Origin: Rickettsiales bacterium
GTDB taxonomy: Bacteria; Pseudomonadota; Alphaproteobacteria; Rickettsiales; UBA998
Reading direction: 5' to 3'
Assembly: GCA_965248995.1 (NCBI GenBank)
Contig: CBDFKY010000004.1
Coordinates: forward strand, 169,390 to 233,389
Length of the DNA stretch: 64,000 nucleotides
The notes under the pieces are model-generated. The model saw only the letters and a program-made list of their open reading frames with translations. It made no database searches and was not told where the DNA came from. Shown in pieces: positions 46,933 through 58,112 of the stretch; within the stretch, counting starts at the first letter, position 1; every line of letters starts with the position of its first letter. A program made the translations under genes and the position numbers.

Positions 46933-47937
46933 TTAAAACGCCAGCATATGCTGTACGACGTTGGAAACGGGGTGAAGCTGGGCATACATCAACGGCGTTT
47001 TTCCGCGCGTGTCCGGTAAATCCCTTGAAGCCCCGAACTCAAGCAGCAGTTCCACAATTTCATGGTTGCCTTCATACGCAGCGTAATGCAGCGCAGCCAA
47101 GCCCGAGCCGTCGATATCGTCCGGATTGGCCCGGTGCTGCAGCAGCCAGCGGGCCGTATTCGGCTGCCGATGCTGCACCGCCAGGATCAATAAAGGCGTG
47201 CCTTTCGCATCACGCCAGTCGATGCGGCCGCCATTGTTATAGAGGGTCCGCAGGCCTTCGACATTTCCTTCGCTGGCAGCCACCGCCAGCAGTTTCTGCT
47301 GATCTTCCTCGTTATAAGCGAAAGGCAGATATGTATTCTCAAAGCTATAGTTCTTATGATAAATCGTGCTTGGCAGACGAACCGATTTGAATTCATGGGC
47401 CGGGTACATCTGTATTTTTTTCTTTTTACGCTTGTTTTTATCATCTTTCTTTTCTTCAACCGCAGCAGTGGCCTGCGCTGGTTTTTCCTCTTTCTCCTGA
47501 TCTGGGGAAAGGACCGTGGTGGTGGAAAAAAACTGGTCGATCGTTTTGCCGTCTTTCTCTTTTCCTTTCTGCTGACCGGGTGCCGGGGATGATTCAAAAC
47601 CATATAATGGGGGAGGCGGGGGACTTTCCTTCGTGATGCTGCCTTTGGCCGGTGTGTCCGTTTTCTTCTCCTGCCCATGCGGCATATCCGCGATCGGCGG
47701 GAGCGTAAAATCCATTTCGTCGCTCGGCTGGGTAAATTTGAATTTGGGATCGGATTCCTGGGAAAGCGCTCTGCTTGCGAATAGCAGCAGAAACCCAAGG
47801 AGAGTGAGCATATGTAAAAGTAACAGATGCGCACGAATGCGACGCTCGGCGATGTATTTACGGGAAATCCGCCGCATGCTTAAGAAAGCGTAACTTGCGA
47901 AAGCGTCGACATATAATTGTTTGATGAAGTGTTTCAT
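46933..47937 (-). CDS. Ankyrin-repeat protein with an N-terminal signal/anchor and a Lys/Pro/Glu-rich linker
   Basis: 334-aa ORF. It has the hydrophobic segment HLLLLHMLTLLGFLLLFASRALS, a low-complexity KEKDGK..EEKKDDKNKRKKKK region and three C-terminal ANK repeats (GNVEGLRTLYNNGG.., GTPLLILAVQHRQPNTARWLLQHRANP, GLAALHYAAYEGNHEIVELLLEFGAS). Confidence 0.8.
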   Translation of the reverse strand: MKHFIKQLYVDAFASYAFLSMRRISRKYIAERRIRAHLLLLHMLTLLGFLLLFASRALSQESDPKFKFTQPSDEMDFTLPPIADMPHGQEKKTDTPAKGSITKESPPPPPLYGFESSPAPGQQKGKEKDGKTIDQFFSTTTVLSPDQEKEEKPAQATAAVEEKKDDKNKRKKKKIQMYPAHEFKSVRLPSTIYHKNYSFENTYLPFAYNEEDQQKLLAVAASEGNVEGLRTLYNNGGRIDWRDAKGTPLLILAVQHRQPNTARWLLQHRANPDDIDGSGLAALHYAAYEGNHEIVELLLEFGASRDLPDTRGKTPLMYAQLHPVSNVVQHMLAF

Positions 47938-48016
47938 AGTACTTATCTAGTATTTTACATGCAATTCACAAGTATGCAAAACAAAAATAAATACAACGTA
48001 AAGAAAAAGACGATTT

Positions 48017-48562
48017 TCAGCTATTTAACAATTTAGTTTTTTGGGACTGAAATTCTTCCTCAGTCAAATGTCCCGCTTCTTTCAACTGCGCCAGCCGCTC
48101 GATCTGTGATGCGACATCGGTTGCAGCTCTGGCCGGTTGCGAGCGTGATACCACTTCCTGAAAGGAAAGCCGCTTGAAATCGTCGATCGCCTGGCGGACT
48201 TCCTTGATGAACGGGTCTATGTTTTTGGCGAGTACGGTGTTCAGCGTGATGGAAGCGGCGCCGTCCCATATGCGGATCGATCCGAACAGGATGCTGTAAT
48301 TCCCGTCGATCGCCTGCACGCGGTCCAGCGCTATCTGGGATTGCCGGAGTCCGAAAAACATGCCTTTATCCACGATCAGGATACGGCGGTTAGTACAGAC
48401 CGCCAGAACGGTGCGTTTCTCGGAAAATCCGGATACCAGACCGCGGATCACTTCATCTTCCACCAGAATCTCCGGAAGGTAGTTGATTTCCTTTTTCGTA
48501 TAAAAAATGTATTTATGCGGCAGATTGTTGATCTGCGCTCTCACTTCTTCGATCGTAGGCAT
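48017..48562 (-). CDS. Bacterial PH-domain (YokE-like) protein with a C-terminal SHOCT domain
   Basis: 181-aa ORF with KKEINYLPEIL..GLVSG..RTVLAVCTNRRILIVDKG (bPH pattern) and a C-terminal IERLAQLKEAGHLTEEEFQSQKTKLL (SHOCT). Confidence 0.65.
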   Translation of the reverse strand: MPTIEEVRAQINNLPHKYIFYTKKEINYLPEILVEDEVIRGLVSGFSEKRTVLAVCTNRRILIVDKGMFFGLRQSQIALDRVQAIDGNYSILFGSIRIWDGAASITLNTVLAKNIDPFIKEVRQAIDDFKRLSFQEVVSRSQPARAATDVASQIERLAQLKEAGHLTEEEFQSQKTKLLNS

Positions 48563-48570
48563 ATGGATTC

Positions 48571-48597
48571 CTATAGCTGTAAGTCACGTAACTATAG
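48571..48597. promoter_or_regulatory. CTATAG-N15-CTATAG repeat in the divergent intergenic region between the bPH-SHOCT gene and the lysis cassette
   Basis: Two self-palindromic hexamers at 48571-76 and 48592-97. A direct repeat TGCAGGAA occurs at 48650 and 48666, and AAGGAG precedes ATG 48692. Confidence 0.2.
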
Positions 48598-48691
48598 CAA
48601 AAAAGACGACTGTTCACAAAACATCATTTCACTCCCTTCCGGAACCGGTTGCAGGAAGTTCTAACTGCAGGAACATCGGAAAAGGAGAATT

Positions 48692-49039
48692 ATGACAACG
48701 ACCGCACATATGGGAATTACGTTGATTGAACAGGCGCAGGCGCAGAAAGAAGTGACCGCGAACGAAGCATTCGCACGGATCGACGCGTTACTGAATCGTG
48801 GGGCGGCACAGGCCGGATTGAACACGCCGCCTTCCACACCTTTTAACGGCGATGTGTATATTCTGGGTAACAGTCCAACGGGCGACTGGGCCGGCAGGGC
48901 GAAACAGATCGCTTATTTCGACCAGATCTGGCGGTTCATCGTTCCGCAGGCAGGAAGCCTGCTGTGGGTTCAGAACATTGCCTGTCTTTATGTCTACGAC
49001 GGAAGCGCATGGCGCGCCACTACCGCAGTATTCGCTTGA
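48692..49039 (+). CDS. DUF2793-like phage/GTA-associated protein (short form)
   Basis: 115-aa ORF behind AAGGAG with QAQAQKEVTANEAFARIDALL and GDVYILG..GDWAG....IAYFD..W.F..P..G...W. From memory this pattern fits DUF2793. Confidence 0.55.
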   Translation: MTTTAHMGITLIEQAQAQKEVTANEAFARIDALLNRGAAQAGLNTPPSTPFNGDVYILGNSPTGDWAGRAKQIAYFDQIWRFIVPQAGSLLWVQNIACLYVYDGSAWRATTAVFA

Positions 49040-49057
49040 ATTGGAAAGGAGATCGTT

Positions 49058-49495
49058 ATGATAACATTGATGGGTGCCATTCTGGGATTTCTCGGCTCCA
49101 TGATGCCGGAATGCCTGAACTTTTTCAAACAACGGGCGGACCGCGTCCATGAGCTGGAAGTCATGCAACTGCAACTTTCGCAGCAGCAGAAAGGGCAGGG
49201 AGATCGGCTGGAAGAAATCCGGCTGGTGCATGATGCGGCAGAGATCAAATCACTCTACGCTACTTACCGAACCAACATTCCCTGGGTGGATGCGCTGAAC
49301 GGTACGGTACGCCCTGTTCTGGCTTACGGCTTTTTCCTGTTATACGCCACGGTCAAGCTGATTCAGTTTTCTTTCCTGGATGGGTCGCATATGCCGTTTC
49401 CCTGGCAGGTATGGGGAGAGGAAGATCAGGCCATCTTCGCGGCCATTATCAGTTTTTACTATGGTCAGCGTGCTTTCAGCAAGGCACGCCAATAA
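49058..49495 (+). CDS. Three-TM holin (GTA-type holin family-like)
   Basis: 145-aa ORF behind AAGGAG. It has three hydrophobic segments (ITLMGAILGFLGSMM, VRPVLAYGFFLLYATVKLI, AIFAAIISFYYG), a coiled stretch between TM1 and TM2 (ELEVMQLQLSQQQKG), and a stop that overlaps the endolysin ATG (TAATG). Confidence 0.65.
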   Translation: MITLMGAILGFLGSMMPECLNFFKQRADRVHELEVMQLQLSQQQKGQGDRLEEIRLVHDAAEIKSLYATYRTNIPWVDALNGTVRPVLAYGFFLLYATVKLIQFSFLDGSHMPFPWQVWGEEDQAIFAAIISFYYGQRAFSKARQ

Positions 49496-49941
49496 TGCGT
49501 CCGTCGTATCTATGCTATGATGTGATCCGGCGGTTCGAAGGGTTTTCAGCCGAAGCTTATGACTGTCCTGCCGGATATGCGACCATAGGATACGGACATA
49601 AAATAAAAGAGGGGGAAGTTTATCCGCAGAAAATCACTTCTGATATCGCCTATGATCTTCTGAGGGAAGATGTGACAAGGGCTTCGGAAGCCGTGCAACG
49701 GCTGCTGCCTGTAACGCTGAGCCAGCCGCATTATGATGCGCTGGTCAGCTTCACGTTCAACCTTGGAGGAGGAGTATTGCAACGTTCCACCTTACGGCAG
49801 GTAATATTGCGAAAAGAATACGCGCTTGCCCCGAATGAATTTCGCAAATGGATTTACGGTGGCGGCAGAAAGCTGGCGGGGCTGATACAGCGCCGTGAAG
49901 CGGAAATCGCGGTGTTTGTGATGAGAGAAATAAAAACATAA
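49495..49941 (+). CDS. GH24 phage-type lysozyme (endolysin)
   Basis: ORF 49411..49941, with the start set at ATG 49495 (MRPSYLCYDVIRRFEGFSAEAYDCPAGYATIGYGH). It has the catalytic E...D...T triad region, ALVSFTFNLGGG and GLIQRREAE. There is no SAR or signal sequence. Confidence 0.88.
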   Translation: MRPSYLCYDVIRRFEGFSAEAYDCPAGYATIGYGHKIKEGEVYPQKITSDIAYDLLREDVTRASEAVQRLLPVTLSQPHYDALVSFTFNLGGGVLQRSTLRQVILRKEYALAPNEFRKWIYGGGRKLAGLIQRREAEIAVFVMREIKT

Positions 49942-49946
49942 AAAAA

Positions 49947-49964
49947 GCCTGACAAGCGTCAGGC
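49947..49964 (-). terminator. Hairpin GCCTGAC-aagc-GTCAGGC with a U-run on the minus strand
   Basis: The minus strand reads GCCTGACGCTTGTCAGGC followed by TTTTTTTA. It embeds the stop of ORF 49959..50300 and lies 6 nt after the endolysin stop on the plus strand, where it has an A-tract upstream and no T-tract downstream. Confidence 0.6.
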
Positions 49965-50300
49965 GGAGGTAGTGGAGGTGCTTAATTCCATCACATCGAC
50001 ATATCCAAGAAAGCGGCTGGGTGGCTCAAAATATTCTTGTTCGTCATATAGAGGGATGATGCGGATTTCTTTGTGGAGAAGTGGGAAATGAATGGCTTCT
50101 GTCTCTACAATCCATCCTGTCTGACGGCCTACCAGATCCGCACGTTGACAAACGGATATTTCCCTTAAGCTAAAACTTTCTAAATAGATTCTTAAATCTC
50201 TTAAGCTATTTAAACCCCAGCTTACCTCCTGCTTTACCGCACATACTTCGACGCAGGAAGAGAAATGCCGGTTTTTCGGAACCAAAAGAAGATATTTCAT
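49959..50300 (-). CDS. Orphan hypothetical protein
   Basis: 113-aa ORF that is visibly more AT-rich than its neighbours, has its own terminator hairpin and carries no motif I recognise. Confidence 0.4.
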   Translation of the reverse strand: MKYLLLVPKNRHFSSCVEVCAVKQEVSWGLNSLRDLRIYLESFSLREISVCQRADLVGRQTGWIVETEAIHFPLLHKEIRIIPLYDEQEYFEPPSRFLGYVDVMELSTSTTSA

Positions 50301-50365
50301 ACGAATGAGAAAACGAAAGACTCCGTTTCTGTTAGCGACATCTGGTCCTTAATGCAATAAAATAC

Positions 50366-51580
50366 TTAAACGCCCAATTCTCCCGATGCCAGCCGGAGCA
50401 GCAGAAGAGCCGAAAGCCTGGCCCTTTCCTTCAGGCTATCGAGCAGAATATATTCCTTATCGCTATGGATGTCGCCGCCGCGTACTCCGAGCGTATCGAT
50501 ATTGCTCAGACCATACGCCGCCAGATTGTTTCCATCGCAGCAGCCGCCCGACGCACTCCGTTTTATCGTCATACCCAGCATGTCGGCACTGGTAGTCACG
50601 GCATTCCATAAAAATGCGTCACGTTCGGTAACGGTTTTCGCAGGACGCGTGAATCCTCCATTCAGGATAAAGCGGTAATCGGCATCATAGTTTTTTTGCA
50701 GGTTTTCGAGGACGTCACGCAGCGACGCCTCCATCCATTCCCGTTCTTCAGCGCTGGAAATGCGGACATTGAAACGCAGTATCGCGAGGTCCGGTACCAC
50801 GTTCAGCGCGCTGCCTCCTTCGACGATGCCGGGATTGACCGTCACTCCGTCACGTTTACCGTTTAAATCATTTAAGCGCAGCGTCGCATCCGCCAGCGCG
50901 ACGATGGCGTTGCGGCCAAGATGATGCTCACGACCCGCATGTGCCGCTTTGCCGCGTACCACGAGTGTGAAATTGCCGGTTCCTTTACGATCACCGACTA
51001 GGGTACCGTCCGGCAGGGAAGGTTCGTAAATCAACCCGATATGATTGCGGGAGGCCGCTTCCTTCAATAACGCGTCGGAACCCGGTGAGCCGATTTCCTC
51101 GTCAGGGTTGAGCAACACTTCCCAGCCGATCCGGTGTGCGTATTCGGAACGTTCCAGCGCTTCCAGGGCCTTCAGCATGACGACCAGTCCGCCTTTCAGG
51201 TCCGCCACCCCCGGACCGTTGATGGTATTGGCGTCCACGAGGACAGGTTTCTGAAAAGGGTGATCCCTGCCGAACACCGTATCGTAATGCCCGCATAAAA
51301 AAACGCGAAACGGTGCATCGGGACGTTTACGGACGCGAAGCGCCTTGCCAAGAGGACGGTATTCCTCCTCTCCCTTTGCATTGATGTTCGCCATCGGTTG
51401 CAGTTCAAGTTCTTCCATTTCCCCGTCCAGCCAGAGGAAATTGTCTTTGAGGACGGAGCGCATATGTTCCAGTCCCTCCAGATGGAAGCTGCCGGAATTG
51501 ATCGCCGACCAGTCATGGACCAGCTGCTTCATGTGTTCATACTGGCTGTCGATGAATGTCAGGGCGTCCGTGTGCATCAT
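50366..51580 (-). CDS. M20-family metallopeptidase (carboxypeptidase G2 / glutamate carboxypeptidase-like)
   Basis: ORF 50366..51664, with the start set at MMHTDALTF (ATG 51580), which overlaps the SURF1 stop as ATGA. It contains LCGHYDTVF, GPGVADLKGG, NPDEEIGSPGS and GKAAHAG. Confidence 0.8.
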   Translation of the reverse strand: MMHTDALTFIDSQYEHMKQLVHDWSAINSGSFHLEGLEHMRSVLKDNFLWLDGEMEELELQPMANINAKGEEEYRPLGKALRVRKRPDAPFRVFLCGHYDTVFGRDHPFQKPVLVDANTINGPGVADLKGGLVVMLKALEALERSEYAHRIGWEVLLNPDEEIGSPGSDALLKEAASRNHIGLIYEPSLPDGTLVGDRKGTGNFTLVVRGKAAHAGREHHLGRNAIVALADATLRLNDLNGKRDGVTVNPGIVEGGSALNVVPDLAILRFNVRISSAEEREWMEASLRDVLENLQKNYDADYRFILNGGFTRPAKTVTERDAFLWNAVTTSADMLGMTIKRSASGGCCDGNNLAAYGLSNIDTLGVRGGDIHSDKEYILLDSLKERARLSALLLLRLASGELGV

Positions 51581-52377
51581 GCCGATTTTTCCTCCGCCGC
51601 CAGCGGTTCGGGCAGTCGGTAGTAAAACATGATAAACGTAAGGACACCTGTGATGCAGATGCAAAACCAGGTAAGTGCATAGCCCAGATGGTCATTTCGG
51701 AGCTCGATCAACCCATCGGAAGGATGAGGTTTATCGCCGGCGGGCGCTTTATAGAGAAGATCCGTATTCATGGGAAGCAGTTCCAGTCCCGTCGATTTGG
51801 AAATGGCCTTCACGTCACGCCAGAACCAGACATTGTCTTTTATATCCGGGTCCGGTGTAAAATAACTCCGATCGTTGTCATTGCGAATCATGACGATAAT
51901 ACTCTGTTTCCCCTTGATCTGCCCATCCGGCCGGTTAGCAGGATTTTTATCTTCCAGCTTCACCCAGCCGCGGTTGACGAGAACGATTCTGCCATCTTCA
52001 AGCTGGAAAGGGGTGAGAATGTGGTAGCCGAGCTGACTCTGGTAATAACGTGCGGCGAGGTGTATTTCATAATCATGCAGATATTCGCCGATTAGATGAA
52101 CGCGAACGAAATCCATCGAATGGGTATCGGATAAGTTTTTGGGTAACCCTTCCACCGCAGGAGTATAACGGGAGGCTTCAATCTCGTGGATCAAGCCCTC
52201 TTTCCACTGAAGGCGTTCCAACTGCCAGACCCCGAGCCAGAACAGCAATACGGTAATGCTCCCGATCGCTATCCATGCCCCTATGCCGGGGGGATGCCAG
52301 CGGCGCTTCGTAGCAAGCAATGCGATATGCTCCCGCTCAAGCCTGGCTTCTTTTCTGCGGTCACGCATCACCGTCAT
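51577..52377 (-). CDS. SURF1-family cytochrome oxidase assembly protein
   Basis: ORF 51577..52500, with the start set at MTVMRD (ATG 52377), an ATGA overlap with the DUF983 stop. It contains LGVWQLERLQWKEGLI, LVNRGWV, RNDHLGYALTWF and two TMs. Confidence 0.82.
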   Translation of the reverse strand: MTVMRDRRKEARLEREHIALLATKRRWHPPGIGAWIAIGSITVLLFWLGVWQLERLQWKEGLIHEIEASRYTPAVEGLPKNLSDTHSMDFVRVHLIGEYLHDYEIHLAARYYQSQLGYHILTPFQLEDGRIVLVNRGWVKLEDKNPANRPDGQIKGKQSIIVMIRNDNDRSYFTPDPDIKDNVWFWRDVKAISKSTGLELLPMNTDLLYKAPAGDKPHPSDGLIELRNDHLGYALTWFCICITGVLTFIMFYYRLPEPLAAEEKSA

Positions 52378-52721
52378 GAGCGTGGCTCTTCCAATGCAGG
52401 TGTTTGATGACGCAGTTCCTGGCGATACAGGATGGTGAGGGCCGTACTTCGCGCCACGCGCAATCCTGCGACACTTAAGAGGCAGGTGAGCGGCAGCCAT
52501 AATACCGCGTGGACCCAGAGGGGCGGGCTGTAAGAAAACTCCATGATAACCGATGCGAGCGTTATGAAAAATCCGACGATGACAATGACGATGAATACCG
52601 CGCCGTCACCGACATCGCGTGAGGCCAATGAAAGGCCGCAATGCGGGCAATTCTCGTAAAATGAGAGCAGTCCCTTAAACACAGATTTTTTTCGACAGCG
52701 AGGGCAGGCGCCGTTCATCAT
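52374..52721 (-). CDS. DUF983-family small membrane zinc-ribbon protein
   Basis: ORF 52374..52796, with the start set at MMNGACPRCRKKS (ATG 52721). It has a CPRC...CPHCG zinc ribbon plus two TMs. This family is typically encoded next to ctaE and SURF1 in alphaproteobacteria. Confidence 0.7.
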   Translation of the reverse strand: MMNGACPRCRKKSVFKGLLSFYENCPHCGLSLASRDVGDGAVFIVIVIVGFFITLASVIMEFSYSPPLWVHAVLWLPLTCLLSVAGLRVARSTALTILYRQELRHQTPALEEPRS

Positions 52722-52726
52722 GGTGC

Positions 52727-53560
52727 TTATGCGCCCCACCAATAGACGAATACGAAGAGGAACAGCCACACCACGTCCACGAAATGCCAGTACCATGAAG
52801 CGAATTCAAAGCCGAGATGGCCGGACGGCGTCAACGTCCCCCGGATAGCCCGCACTAGATTGACGGCGAGAAATATCGTGCCGATAATGACGTGAGCGCC
52901 GTGAAAACCGGTCGCCAGGTAAAACGTGCTGCCGTAAATCCCGTCTCTGATCCCGAAAGGCGCATGAGAGTATTCCAGCGCCTGCAGGCAGGTGAACGTC
53001 ATGCCGAGCGCCACGGTACAGGCCAGCCCGCGAATGACATCGCGGTTATTGCCATGCAGCAATGCGTGGTGCGCCCACGTGACCGTGGTGCCGGAGAGAA
53101 GCAGGATCAGCGTATTGAGAAACGGCAGGTTCCAGGCATGAAAGGTGGTGATACCCGTCGGCGGCCATACCCCTTTCTTGGTCAGGACATCCCAGGCGTC
53201 TTCAATATGGACATGCGGAAAAATACTGGCGTTGAAAAACGCCCAGAAAAACGCGACGAAAAACATCAGTTCCGATGCGATGAATAGCGCCATGCCGAGA
53301 CGAAGCCCTGTCTGTACCACCGGCGTATGCGCCTTCTCAATCAATCCTTCCCGAATAGCGGAGCGCCACCACTGAAAGCAGCAGGTCAGCAACAATGCAG
53401 CGGACGCCGCGGTAAGGAAGATGCCGGGATGGAATCCTTTCATCCACGAAAGGCCGGATCCCACCAGCGCGAAAAGGCTGAACGCCGTCATGATCGGGTA
53501 GGGGCTGGGGTCGACCAGATGGTAATCATGGTGCTTTTCGTGATGTTCAGGCGCGCCCAT
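52727..53560 (-). CDS. ctaE: Cytochrome c oxidase subunit III
   Basis: 277-aa ORF with HHDYHLVDPSPYP, 7 TMs, FYLATGFHGAHVIIGTIFL and WYWHFVDVVWLFLF. Confidence 0.93.
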   Translation of the reverse strand: MGAPEHHEKHHDYHLVDPSPYPIMTAFSLFALVGSGLSWMKGFHPGIFLTAASAALLLTCCFQWWRSAIREGLIEKAHTPVVQTGLRLGMALFIASELMFFVAFFWAFFNASIFPHVHIEDAWDVLTKKGVWPPTGITTFHAWNLPFLNTLILLLSGTTVTWAHHALLHGNNRDVIRGLACTVALGMTFTCLQALEYSHAPFGIRDGIYGSTFYLATGFHGAHVIIGTIFLAVNLVRAIRGTLTPSGHLGFEFASWYWHFVDVVWLFLFVFVYWWGA

Positions 53561-53610
53561 TGAGTTCTCCGCAAATCATGTTTGGAATCATACCGCTATA
53601 GCATCCCATC

Positions 53611-54168
53611 TTACTTCCCGACAGGAAAAAACGTATAGGATAATGTGATATCTTTTACTTCATCGAGGTTTTTATCTTTGTCCAGCGCCGGGTCTACATA
53701 AAAAGACACAGGAAACGTTGCCGACTCCCCGGGATCCAGACGCTGCTTATTGAAACAGAAACACTGTAGCTTGACAAAATATTCGCCCGCCTTGAAAGGA
53801 GTTATGTTGAACGTCGCCGTTGCCGTTACAGGGTGGCTGCCGATGTTTGTCGCCTCGAAAAACGCCAGATTGCGTCGGCCGATCGGTGTGTCGATATGAT
53901 TCTGCAATGACTTGAATTTCCAGGAAAGAGAAGGAGAAACGTCGGTATTGAAGGTCACGTTCATATGGCGATCTAAAATAGTGGAGGGGGTGGACGCACC
54001 TATTCTGGGTGTTCCTCCATAGCCCGTGAATCGGCAGAACATGGAATAAAGAGGCACCGAAGCGTAACTCATCATCGCCATGCCTACCACTATGCCGATG
54101 AGGCTGACCAGCACCGAGCGATTGCGGCGTTTTATTTCTTCTGAAGAATAGGGGAAAGAGGAGGGCAT
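53611..54168 (-). CDS. ctaG: Cytochrome c oxidase assembly protein CtaG/Cox11
   Basis: 185-aa ORF with an N-terminal TM, then VPLYSMFCRFTGYGGT and QCFCF (Cu-binding Cys). Confidence 0.9.
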   Translation of the reverse strand: MPSSFPYSSEEIKRRNRSVLVSLIGIVVGMAMMSYASVPLYSMFCRFTGYGGTPRIGASTPSTILDRHMNVTFNTDVSPSLSWKFKSLQNHIDTPIGRRNLAFFEATNIGSHPVTATATFNITPFKAGEYFVKLQCFCFNKQRLDPGESATFPVSFYVDPALDKDKNLDEVKDITLSYTFFPVGK

Positions 54169-54184
54169 ATCGTCATTTCACATC

Positions 54185-54295
54185 TTAGGACACGAACTTT
54201 GACATGGATAACATGTAGAGGCCAATGATCAACAGAAGCAACAGGCATAAAAGCACATAGTTTTTAGATCGTTGCTGTTTATGGCGTTCATGCAT
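54185..54295 (-). CDS. Possible 36-aa single-TM micro-protein between ctaB and ctaG
   Basis: Manual translation gives MHERHKQQRSKNYVLLCLLLLLIIGLYMLSMSKFVS*. It is below the ORF-track size cut-off. A basic N-terminus plus one TM fits small oxidase-cluster proteins, but there is no independent support. Confidence 0.3.
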   Translation of the reverse strand: MHERHKQQRSKNYVLLCLLLLLIIGLYMLSMSKFVS

Positions 54296-54304
54296 GTTTA
54301 ACTC

Positions 54305-54507
54305 TTATTTTTCTTCCTGAGCGTGACGGCGCATGAAATCGAGCACCAGCAGTAGAAACGTGGTGAATAATACGCCTAAAATAAAGCTGATTCCCATTAA
54401 AGTGATGATCCCGGAAGTCAACTCTTGGGTCCCCGCTACATGAAGTCCTCCCGACGCCGCCTTGTGCATTATCTGAGTGGTGGAATCTATCGGGATGGAA
54501 GTTGCTG

Positions 54508-54511
<4 letters not shown>
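54305..54511 (-). CDS. Small single-TM membrane protein in the oxidase cluster
   Basis: 68-aa ORF whose start overlaps the ctaB stop by 4 nt. It has one strong TM (IITLMGISFILGVLFTTFLLLVL). Confidence 0.5.
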
Positions 54512-57977
<3,466 letters not shown>

Positions 57978-58112
57978 GTTTTTAGGAATTCAGCTATCTA
58001 TACCGCATTTTCTTTCTCGACGCAATCGAGATCCACGCAAACATTTCCCGGTGCACTATTTTCACTATAAAGGCTGGTGGTGACCACCGGGATCCTCTAT
58101 ATACTTATATAT

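Noticed and set aside
48640-48673. GGAACCGGTTGCA upstream of the lysis cassette as a sigma-54 (-24/-12) promoter
   Set aside because: The GG-to-GC spacing is 8 nt rather than the canonical 10, and the flanking consensus bases (TGGCAC/TTGCW) are poorly matched.
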